Of a stretch of DNA of 23,074 bases, positions 1 through 7,530 are shown one piece after another. Made by a program: the position numbers and the translations under genes. The DNA is taken from assembly GCA_043750125.1 (NCBI GenBank), contig JAYVCD010000173.1, positions 1-23,074 of the forward strand, written 5' to 3'. The first letter of the stretch is position 1; each line of letters opens with the position of its first letter. Origin of the DNA: Archangiaceae bacterium. GTDB lineage: Bacteria; Myxococcota; Myxococcia; Myxococcales; Myxococcaceae. Under the pieces are notes generated by a model that had not been told where the DNA came from, made no database searches, and saw only the letters and a list, made by a program, of their open reading frames with translations.

Positions 1-99
1 GACTTCGGCTTCACCCACTACCAGGTGCTTTCGAACCCGATCGACATCTACCTCGACGATTTCGCGCTCGACAACGCGATGATCCCCTGTCCTCCCTGA
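1..99 (+). CDS. 3' end of a CDS entering from the left (unknown product, possibly a beta-sandwich extracellular protein)
   Basis: Frame 1 is open from base 1 to TGA at 97-99 and reads DFGFTHYQVLSNPIDIYLDDFALDNAMIPCPP*. Third codon positions are mostly G/C, as in the real genes here. It is not in the ORF track. Confidence 0.7.
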   Translation, partial: DFGFTHYQVLSNPIDIYLDDFALDNAMIPCPP

Positions 100-902
100 G
101 GAAGGGGTTGCGGTTTAAACGCATCTGCCACGAGCTTCCGATCGAAGTTCGCAGCCGCTGCGATCGTGCCCGACGCGAGCAGCTCTTTCGCCGCGCCGAT
201 CATCGCGCCGTAGGCGATCGTCGACAGCCCGCTGCCGACCGAGATGCGGCGCACTCCCACGTCGGCCAGCTGACTGACCGAAGGCCCCTTGGGAATCAGC
301 AGCGCATTGATCGGAGCGCCCACCTCTTCCACCACCCTTCGCAGCTGCGCCAAATCGACGAGCCCGGGCGCATAGGCAACCTCGGCCCCGGCCTGGACGT
401 ACGCGATGAGACGACGCATGGTGTCTTCGAAATCGGTCACACCCCGGATGTGATTTTCGCACCGCGCCGTCAGCACGATCCCCGCCTTGCGCGCCGCCGC
501 TGCAGCTGCTGCCACCCGCTTCGTCGCGTCCTCGAGCCCGTCCACTTTGCCAGTGACTGGGTTCCAATCTTCAATTGAACACCCCGCGGCTCCGGCGTCG
601 GCCAGTGCTGCGATCGTCGCGCCAATGCCCGCGAGGTCTTCGGCGAAGCAACGTTCCGAATCGACGTTCAGCGGCAGCTCGGTGGCCGCGGTGAGCGCCG
701 CGACGTGCCCGAGCAGATCGTCCAACGACACGCTCATGTCCAACCGACCGAGCGTTGCGGCGAACCCGGCGCTGGTCGTCGCCAAAGCCTGAAAGCCCAA
801 AGAGCTCAGCAGGCGCGTGGACCCGACATCGAACGGGTTGGGCATGACGAACGTGCCCGCCGCGTGAAGCTTCCGAAACGCGTCGGCGCGAGAGGAGCTC
901 AT
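48..902 (-). CDS. Isocitrate lyase/phosphoenolpyruvate mutase family protein
   Basis: Family motifs MPNPFD, GFQALATTSAG, PLNVD, GAAGCSIED, LTARCE, AYAPG and GVRRISVG. The ATG is 5 nt downstream of the ABC gene stop, so the two probably share an operon. Confidence 0.9.
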   Translation of the reverse strand: MSSSRADAFRKLHAAGTFVMPNPFDVGSTRLLSSLGFQALATTSAGFAATLGRLDMSVSLDDLLGHVAALTAATELPLNVDSERCFAEDLAGIGATIAALADAGAAGCSIEDWNPVTGKVDGLEDATKRVAAAAAAARKAGIVLTARCENHIRGVTDFEDTMRRLIAYVQAGAEVAYAPGLVDLAQLRRVVEEVGAPINALLIPKGPSVSQLADVGVRRISVGSGLSTIAYGAMIGAAKELLASGTIAAAANFDRKLVADAFKPQPLPQGGQGIIALSSAKSSR

Positions 903-907
903 CTGAA

Positions 908-2812
908 TTACGCCATCGCGAACTGCCGCTCGACCAACCGCTTGTAGATCCCCTCTTCGATCACCAGCGAAGCATGGGTGCCGACCTGCGCGACCCGCCC
1001 CGCGTCGAGGACGATCACCCGATCCGCTCCCTGCACCGTCGAGAGCCGGTGCGCGATCACCAGCGTGGTGCGCCCCTTCATCAACCGCTCGAGCGCTTCC
1101 CGCACCAAATGCTCGCTTTCGGCATCCAGCGCGCTGGTCGCCTCGTCCAGAATCAACAGCTTCGGGTCCTTCAGCACCGCACGCGCGATCGCCACCCGCT
1201 GTTTCTGCCCGCCCGAGAGCTGAACCCCGCGCTCACCCACCAGGGTCTGGTAGCCCTCGGGGAAAGAAGTCACGAACGTATGGGCATTCGCAGTTCGGGC
1301 CGCGGCCTCGACCTCTGCGTCGGTCGCCGTCGGTCGCCCGTAGCGGATATTTTCGGCGACGGTGGTCGAGAACAGCAGCGGCTCCTGGGCCACGACGCCA
1401 ATCTGCTGCCGCAGCCAGTTCTGATCGAGCTCGGTCAGCGGCACCCCGTCGAGCAACACCCGGCCTTGCTGCGGGTCGTAGAGGCGATACAGCAACGAGG
1501 CGATGGTTGACTTTCCAGCCCCCGACGGGCCCACCAACGCGACGACTTCTCCTGGCTTGAGCGCGAGATCGAAGCCGCGCAGCACCGGCATGTCGAGCCG
1601 GGTGGGGTAGGCGAACTCGACGTTTTCCCACGAGACGCGGCCTTGAAGCTGCGGCAACACCTTACTCTCTCCCGAGGTGATCATCGGCTTGCGCTCGAGC
1701 AACTCGAACACCCGTTCGGCCGCACCGGCCGCCCGGTTGTAGTCGGCCCACAGCTCGCTGAGCGCGCCCAGCGCCGAAGCCACCATCACCGTGTACATCA
1801 AGAAGATGATCAGCGTGCCGGGCGTCAGCTCGTGCGCGATCACCATTCGCGCGCCGTACCAGAACACCACCACCCCTGCGATTCCCACGGCGAAGGACGC
1901 GGCTCCGATGAAAGTCGCGGTCAGGCGAATCCGATGAAAGGCCAGCGCGAGCGAGCCTTCGACCGCACCGCGATACCTCTTGAGCTCGGTGTGTTCCGCC
2001 GCGAACGATCGCACCGTGCGAATTCCCGACAGCGACTCTTCTGCCACTTCAGAGGACTTCGCCAGCGCGTCCTGCACGTCTTTGGAAAGTTTGCGTACCT
2101 TGCGCCCATAGAAGACCGCGCCCAGGGCCACCGGCGGCACGATCGCCAACATCAACAACGTCAGCTGCGGCGAGGTGAAGAACAGCAGCACCATTCCGCC
2201 CGCGACCGCCGCAAAGTTTCGCAGCCCCATCGAGATGTTGGCCGAGACGGTGTTCTGCAACACCGTGGTGTCCGCCGACAGCCGATTGGTCAGCTCACCT
2301 GTTTTCTGCGCGTCGAAAAAAGCGATTTCCTGCGACATCAAGCTCGCAAAGAGATCCCCGCGCAGGCGGGCCACCACCCGCTCGCCCGCTCTCGAAAACA
2401 ACATGTAGCGGCGGGCAATCGAGACCCCGAGCACCGCGAAGATCACGGTCATCGCGATCGCTGCCCGATCGATGTTCGACCTCGACTTCCCGGTCACCGC
2501 TGCGTACTCGGCTTTTGCGAGCCGAATTTCTTCGCCCTGCTGCGCGAAGTCCGGTTCCCCGGGCTTCAACGTGAGCAGCCGAGCCTCGCCTTCGGTGACC
2601 TTCTTCTCGGCGTCGACGACCTCCTGACTGCGGGCCGCGTCGATGATGAACCGAATGCCCTGAGGAAACGCGAGGTTCATCGCGCTGCCCATCAGCAAAA
2701 AGACAGTCCCCAGAATGATGGAGGCCCGCTCGGGCTTTGCCAGCCGCAACAGGCGCGCAAGTGTGACCCTCGGAGACGCCTTCGGTTTCTTCGGATCAGG
2801 AGCGGTCGGCAC
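908..2812 (-). CDS. ABC half transporter, fused permease + ATPase (ABCB/MsbA-TAP-Mdl-like exporter)
   Basis: N-terminal multi-TM domain (FFDAQKTGELTNRL, IRTVRSF), Walker A GPSGAGKST, Q-loop VAQEP, signature LSGGQKQR, Walker B LILDEATSALD and H-loop IAHRLST. GTG start. Confidence 0.95.
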   Translation of the reverse strand: MPTAPDPKKPKASPRVTLARLLRLAKPERASIILGTVFLLMGSAMNLAFPQGIRFIIDAARSQEVVDAEKKVTEGEARLLTLKPGEPDFAQQGEEIRLAKAEYAAVTGKSRSNIDRAAIAMTVIFAVLGVSIARRYMLFSRAGERVVARLRGDLFASLMSQEIAFFDAQKTGELTNRLSADTTVLQNTVSANISMGLRNFAAVAGGMVLLFFTSPQLTLLMLAIVPPVALGAVFYGRKVRKLSKDVQDALAKSSEVAEESLSGIRTVRSFAAEHTELKRYRGAVEGSLALAFHRIRLTATFIGAASFAVGIAGVVVFWYGARMVIAHELTPGTLIIFLMYTVMVASALGALSELWADYNRAAGAAERVFELLERKPMITSGESKVLPQLQGRVSWENVEFAYPTRLDMPVLRGFDLALKPGEVVALVGPSGAGKSTIASLLYRLYDPQQGRVLLDGVPLTELDQNWLRQQIGVVAQEPLLFSTTVAENIRYGRPTATDAEVEAAARTANAHTFVTSFPEGYQTLVGERGVQLSGGQKQRVAIARAVLKDPKLLILDEATSALDAESEHLVREALERLMKGRTTLVIAHRLSTVQGADRVIVLDAGRVAQVGTHASLVIEEGIYKRLVERQFAMA

Positions 2813-2818
2813 CGCGCC

Positions 2819-2824
2819 AACCTA
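2819..2824 (-). promoter_or_regulatory. Putative -10 element (TAGGTT) for the ABC transporter, leaderless geometry
   Basis: TANNNT hexamer 6 nt upstream of the GTG start. No Shine-Dalgarno sequence is visible. Confidence 0.35.
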
Positions 2825-2881
2825 ACGGCAGATGAGCCTCGCTGCTCGCACAATTCACCCTTCTTTACACTCGCGCGCAGG

Positions 2882-2887
2882 TACGCT
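2882..2887 (+). promoter_or_regulatory. Putative -10 element (TACGCT) for the pilT operon
   Basis: TANNNT hexamer 8 nt upstream of ATG 2896. No Shine-Dalgarno sequence is visible. Confidence 0.3.
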
Positions 2888-2895
2888 TTGCCCGC

Positions 2896-4308
2896 ATGTC
2901 AGCCAACCCAGAGGACGCGCTCCTCGGTCGCATCGCCCTTCACTACAAGTTGGCCACCCAGGCGCAGATCGACGCTGCTCTCATGGTCCAACGCAATGAG
3001 AAGCCACGCGCGAGGCTGGGGGAAATCCTCGCCTCTCACAACGTGCTGTCCGCCGAGCAGCTGCAGTGGCTGCTCAACGCCCAGGTCCAATATCTCGCCA
3101 AGCAGAAGGCCGCTGCTGGCCCCTCGGCGGTTGCTGCGCCTGCGCCTGCGCCCGCCGTCGCCGCGCCCGCTGTCGCCGCCGTCGCCGCGCCCGCGCCTTC
3201 TCGCCCTGCGGCGCCCGCCCGTGCCCCCACCGTCCCCGCGGCTCAGCCCGGCGGGGGCTCAGCGCTCGAGAAGATCCTCCAGAGCGCGGTCCAGGCCAAA
3301 GCCTCGGACGTTCACATTCACTCCGGGGCTCCGGTTCAGTTCCGCGTCAACGGGGTCCTCAAAGAGTTCAAGACTGCGCCGCTCGATGCCGAAGGCACCC
3401 GCGCGCTGCTCGCCGCGGTGTTGACGCCCGAGCAGCAGACTCAGCTGTTCGAGACGAACGATCTCGATCTCGCACTCCAGCTTCCCTGCGGCCGGTTCCG
3501 GGTCAGCATGTACAAGCAGCAGCGCGGCTTCGACGCGGTGTTCCGGCCGATCTCCGCCACTCCCCCCACGCTCGAGCAGCTCGGCCTGCCGCCCGCGATG
3601 AAGCGGCTGACCGAGTTCCACCAGGGCCTGGTGCTGGTGACCGGGCCTGCCGGCTGCGGCAAGTCGTCCACCCTCGCCGCGCTCGTCAACATGGTCAACG
3701 AGTCCCGGCACGACCACATCATCACGGTCGAGGATCCGATCGAGTACGTGCATACCGGCAAAGGCTGCATCATCAATCAGCGCCAGGCGGGCAAGCACAC
3801 CCTGAGCTTCGCCAACGCGCTGCGGGCCGCTCTTCGCGAGGACCCCGATGTGATCGTGATCGGCGAGCTTCGGGATCTCGAGACGATGTCTCTGGCGATC
3901 ACCGCTGCCGAGACCGGACACCTGGTGATGGGCACGCTCCACACCAACAACGCGATCCGCACCATCAACCGGATCCTCGACGCGTTCCCGCCCAAACAGC
4001 AGTCGCAGATTCGGGCGATGGTCTCTGAATCGCTGCGCGCAATCGTCTCTCAGCGCCTGCTGCCTTCAGCCGACGGCACCCGCCGGGTCGCAGCGACCGA
4101 GATGTTGTTCGTCAAGCCCGCGGTCTCGAACCTGATTCGCGACCAGAAGACCTTTCAGATTCGCAGCATCATGCAAACCGGCCGTTCCGAAGGTATGTCG
4201 CTGCTCGACGACTCGCTGTTCGACATGGTCAAGGCGAAGACCATCACCCTCGAAGTCGCCCGACGGGTCTGTGAAGATCCCAAGCGCTTCGCCCCGGGAG
4301 CCGCCTGA
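2896..4308 (+). CDS. pilT: PilT/PilU-family type IV pilus ATPase with N-terminal MshEN-like domain and Ala/Pro linker
   Basis: ASDVHI, Walker A GPAGCGKSST, Asp box HIITVEDPIEY, Walker B LREDPDVIVIGELRD, His box TGHLVMGTLHT and AIRNLIRE-like AVSNLIRD. Residues 9-32 and 40-63 match the tandem 24-aa MshEN pattern. Confidence 0.92.
   Translation: MSANPEDALLGRIALHYKLATQAQIDAALMVQRNEKPRARLGEILASHNVLSAEQLQWLLNAQVQYLAKQKAAAGPSAVAAPAPAPAVAAPAVAAVAAPAPSRPAAPARAPTVPAAQPGGGSALEKILQSAVQAKASDVHIHSGAPVQFRVNGVLKEFKTAPLDAEGTRALLAAVLTPEQQTQLFETNDLDLALQLPCGRFRVSMYKQQRGFDAVFRPISATPPTLEQLGLPPAMKRLTEFHQGLVLVTGPAGCGKSSTLAALVNMVNESRHDHIITVEDPIEYVHTGKGCIINQRQAGKHTLSFANALRAALREDPDVIVIGELRDLETMSLAITAAETGHLVMGTLHTNNAIRTINRILDAFPPKQQSQIRAMVSESLRAIVSQRLLPSADGTRRVAATEMLFVKPAVSNLIRDQKTFQIRSIMQTGRSEGMSLLDDSLFDMVKAKTITLEVARRVCEDPKRFAPGAA
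3109..3258 (+). repeat. Low-complexity Ala/Pro linker with short tandem repeats
   Basis: Encodes AAAGPSAVAAPAPAPAVAAPAVAAVAAPAPSRPAAPARAPTVPAAQPGGG. The DNA has repeated GCGCCT and GCCGTCGCCGCGCCCGC units. Confidence 0.7.
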
Positions 4309-5369
4309 TGCCCCGCCTCGACAAGCTCTTCAAATATTTGAAGGAACACGGCGGCAGCGATCTTCACCTCGCTGCTCCTTTGGTCCCCCACATTCGCCTC
4401 AACGGGGAATTGCAGAAGATCCCCGACTGGCCCGCCTTCACCGACGCCTCGCTGCGTGAGCACCTGCATGAGATTTCCAACGACAAGCAGTGGGCGCACT
4501 ACGAGAAGAACCTCGATCTCGACTTCGCCTACGCCTTGCCCGGCCTCGCCCGCTTTCGGGTCAACTTCTTCAACCAGGAATGCGGTGCCGCCGCGGTCTT
4601 CCGGATCATCCCCGAGAAGATTCGCACCCTCGAAGAGCTCAAGGTCCCAATCGGAATCGCCGGCTTCGCAGATCTCGAGCAGGGGTTGGTGCTCGTCACC
4701 GGCCCGACGGGCTCGGGCAAGTCGACCACCCTCGCGGCGATCATCGACCGGATCAACACCAACAGCACCAAGCACATCATCACCATCGAAGACCCGGTCG
4801 AGTTCGTTCACCAGAACAAGTCCTGCACCATCAGCCAGCGCGAAGTCGGGCCCGACACCCAGTCGTTCTCCAGCGCGCTGCGTTCGGCCATTCGCCAGGA
4901 CCCCGGAGTCATCCTCGTCGGCGAGCTTCGCGACATGGACACCATCGCCCTCGCGATCACCGCCGCCGAAATGGGGGTGCTGGTCTTCGGCACCCTTCAC
5001 ACCAACAACGCGCCCAAGACCATCGATCGGTTGATCGACGCGTTTCCCACCGACCAGCAGCCGCAGATTCGCACCATGCTCTCCGAGTCACTGGCGGGCA
5101 TCGTCTCGCAGCTGCTGCTTCGCACCGCCGACGGGAAGGGGCGGGTGGCGGTCAACGAGATTCTGCTCAAGACCGCCGGGCTGCCCAACGTGATTCGCGA
5201 GGGCAACACCCCGATGATTCATTCGATCATCCAATCGGGCAAAGGAGTGGGGATGCAGTCGATGGACGACGCGCTCTACGCGCTGGCCCGGGACAAGAAG
5301 ATCGGCGGCGAAGACGCGTTCCACAAAGCCACCGACAAGCGGCGGTTCGAAGAATTCGTCAGCGGGTAG
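4308..5369 (+). CDS. pilT: PilT/PilU-family type IV pilus ATPase (second paralogue)
   Basis: GSDLHL, RFRVN, Walker A GPTGSGKSTT, HIITIEDPVEF, RQDPGVILVGELRD, GTLHTN and GMQSMD. TGATG overlap with the upstream gene at 4306-4310. Confidence 0.93.
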   Translation: MPRLDKLFKYLKEHGGSDLHLAAPLVPHIRLNGELQKIPDWPAFTDASLREHLHEISNDKQWAHYEKNLDLDFAYALPGLARFRVNFFNQECGAAAVFRIIPEKIRTLEELKVPIGIAGFADLEQGLVLVTGPTGSGKSTTLAAIIDRINTNSTKHIITIEDPVEFVHQNKSCTISQREVGPDTQSFSSALRSAIRQDPGVILVGELRDMDTIALAITAAEMGVLVFGTLHTNNAPKTIDRLIDAFPTDQQPQIRTMLSESLAGIVSQLLLRTADGKGRVAVNEILLKTAGLPNVIREGNTPMIHSIIQSGKGVGMQSMDDALYALARDKKIGGEDAFHKATDKRRFEEFVSG

Positions 5370-6416
5370 TCACTTCAACTTCGCGTCGATGCGCCGGTAC
5401 ACCCTGTCTGTCAGCAGCACCAGCCCATAGGTGCAGGCAATCAGCACCGCGGTCAGCCCGGCGTACTTCAGCCAACCGCAGCTTTGCCCCCACCAGGCAT
5501 TGAACGAGAAGCCGACGAAAGGCACCCGGTAGAACAACAGCGCCTCGTGGAAGAAATACGCTGCCATCGACGAGCTGCCAAAAGCGGTGACGAACGCAAT
5601 CGGAGCCGACTTCGCGAAGCGCGCTCCCTTCTGCTCGAACGCCAGCAACAACAGCAAGACCCCCATGATCACCGTCCACCGCTGAGCGCAGTTGGCCGGG
5701 TTCGTGACCCAGAAGTTGTGAGGCGGGTAGAGGTCCTTGAACCACGCCGACGCCAGCCAGATCCCCGCGCCGATGATTCCAATCATCACCACCCACCGCA
5801 CCAGCGGCCACAACTGACCCAGGCCCGCCGTCGCTCCTGCCGACGCGCCCAGGTAGACGTACCCCGCCCAGGGCAACAAGCCGAACACCGAGCCGGTGCT
5901 GGTGTTGAGCAGCCAGTCGAGCGGCGGCGCGTGCTCGAGCAGGGGCGAAATCCCGAACGTCACGGCCGCGAGGAACAGGCTCACCCACCTCAACACCCGG
6001 GGCCTCGAGGCCAGCAGCATCAGCACCGGCAAGGCGAGCAACAACGAGAGCCCGATGCAGTGAAGAATGTCGAGCCGCAGCAGCCACCGGGGCTCGCGGA
6101 AGATGGGAAACCACATCCAATTCACCAACGTCGCCACCGCCAACACTTCGCCGATGCGCCGCAACGTCTTGCGCACCCGGGTGGACCGGGCGCCGCTGGC
6201 CGCCGAGCGCACCTGCACCAGGGCCAGCGAGAAACCGGCAGAGAAGGTGAACGCCGGGGCGACCAGCCCGTCCAGCCGGACCAGCGTTCGAAACAACGGG
6301 TCGTCTTTGAGTGCGGGCAACAGCAGCGTCATCGCGTGACACTGGATCATGAACAGCACCGCGAGCCCGCGGAGCCAATCGAACGCCTGCACCCGCGCCG
6401 CCACAGTCGGAGCCAT
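5370..6416 (-). CDS. DUF1624 / heparan-alpha-glucosaminide N-acetyltransferase-like polytopic membrane protein (acyltransferase-3 clan)
   Basis: N-terminal FDWLRGLAVLFMIQCH, APAFTFSAG, LDILHCIG and FGLLPWAGY motifs, with many hydrophobic segments. ATG at 6416 (alternative TTG at 6419). Confidence 0.8.
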   Translation of the reverse strand: MAPTVAARVQAFDWLRGLAVLFMIQCHAMTLLLPALKDDPLFRTLVRLDGLVAPAFTFSAGFSLALVQVRSAASGARSTRVRKTLRRIGEVLAVATLVNWMWFPIFREPRWLLRLDILHCIGLSLLLALPVLMLLASRPRVLRWVSLFLAAVTFGISPLLEHAPPLDWLLNTSTGSVFGLLPWAGYVYLGASAGATAGLGQLWPLVRWVVMIGIIGAGIWLASAWFKDLYPPHNFWVTNPANCAQRWTVIMGVLLLLLAFEQKGARFAKSAPIAFVTAFGSSSMAAYFFHEALLFYRVPFVGFSFNAWWGQSCGWLKYAGLTAVLIACTYGLVLLTDRVYRRIDAKLK

Positions 6417-6464
6417 CAACTTCGAAGGGTGTCACGCCGCTCGAAATGGGATAGAAAAATTTCC

Positions 6465-6731
6465 ATGAGCGCATCCGACCCCAAGCAGCTGCCCGCCTTG
6501 TGGCGCCCCCCGCAGGGTGGGGCAGACATCGAACACCACACCCGGGAATGGACCAGCGGCACGATGGGCGGCGGGAAAGTGCCGGCCGATTTCGAGTGGC
6601 ATTCGAACCCCAGGGTCTACGCCGAAGACTTCGGCGCGAACGTCCTGCCCCGGGTGGTCCCCGCGATGGTCAAGCTGCCCGAGCCGCTGGCTCCGCTGGT
6701 GCCCTCTGGGGCGCCGCCGAAGAAAGACTGA
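6465..6731 (+). CDS. Small hypothetical protein (88 aa)
   Basis: The ATG follows an AT-rich patch and the ORF fills the gap between two minus-strand genes, with GC3-biased codons. Sequence MSASDPKQLPALWRPP...GAPPKKD. It is the last part of track ORF 5484..6731. Confidence 0.65.
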   Translation: MSASDPKQLPALWRPPQGGADIEHHTREWTSGTMGGGKVPADFEWHSNPRVYAEDFGANVLPRVVPAMVKLPEPLAPLVPSGAPPKKD

Positions 6732-6742
6732 AAGTCGCTGCC

Positions 6743-7474
6743 CTAAACGGGAAGATTGACCGCCAGGAACGCGGCCAGCTTCTGCAACACTCCGTGGGGA
6801 ATCGCGTGCGGCCCGTCGAACGGCACCCATTGGGGCGCTGAACCGGCCGCGGTCAGCAGGTCTCGCAGCCGCTCTGCATCTTCGAAGCGAAGAATGGGGT
6901 CCACCCTTCCGTGCGATTGGAAGATCGGCAGCCCTGCGCGCGCCTTTGCTTTTTGAGCCCACACCTCTTCGACCAGCAGCGTCCCCGAGAGGATCGCCAA
7001 TGCGGCGGGTGCCTCAGGCAGGCGAAGCGCGACATCGGTGGTGATCATCGCCCCCTGTGAGAATCCGCCCAGCACCACCTTCGACATCGGCAACCCGGTC
7101 TGCACGGTCAGCTCGTCGATCGCCTTGAGCAGCAGGGCGCGTGCGCTCGCCATTCCTTCCGGCTCGCTGTTGCGAAACTCGCGCAGCGCAGCCGCATCAC
7201 CCGAGTTGAGCAGCTGGATCTTCTCGAAGTCGATGAGCCACCACGCCTTCGCATCGCCGTACCCCATCGAGGCCAACGACAACGGAGCGGCCGGAAAGAC
7301 GAACCTCACCTCGCCCAGCGACGGCGCCAGCGCAAGCAGCTCTTCATACAGGCCGACGAGGTCATCGCCCGGAGCCCCGAAGCCATGGCACATCACCACT
7401 GCCCCGCGAGGCGGGCCGGCCCCTTCCTGAAGAACCCGGCATTGAAGCCCGCCCAACGAAGTTGTGATCCGCAT
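6743..7474 (-). CDS. Phospholipase/carboxylesterase (alpha/beta hydrolase)
   Basis: Oxyanion motif CHGFGA, FVFPAAP, nucleophile elbow GFSQG, acid HGRVDPIL and catalytic His GPHAI. Confidence 0.92.
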   Translation of the reverse strand: MRITTSLGGLQCRVLQEGAGPPRGAVVMCHGFGAPGDDLVGLYEELLALAPSLGEVRFVFPAAPLSLASMGYGDAKAWWLIDFEKIQLLNSGDAAALREFRNSEPEGMASARALLLKAIDELTVQTGLPMSKVVLGGFSQGAMITTDVALRLPEAPAALAILSGTLLVEEVWAQKAKARAGLPIFQSHGRVDPILRFEDAERLRDLLTAAGSAPQWVPFDGPHAIPHGVLQKLAAFLAVNLPV

Positions 7475-7530
7475 CGTGCTGCCGAGTTAGGTCAACATGC
7501 TCTTGACCGCAACGGTCGGTTGTATTCGCC

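Noticed and set aside
1643-3424. 593-aa plus-strand ORF
   Set aside because: Antisense shadow of the ABC gene running out of frame into pilT. It is Arg/His-rich with no motifs, as expected in high-GC DNA.
5484-6464. N-terminal part of the 415-aa plus-strand ORF
   Set aside because: Antisense to the DUF1624 gene. Only the part from ATG 6465 looks coding.
6465-6731. 88-aa orphan as precursor peptide for YcaO-TfuA
   Set aside because: It is more than 8 kb away, in another transcription unit, and has no evident leader/core organisation.
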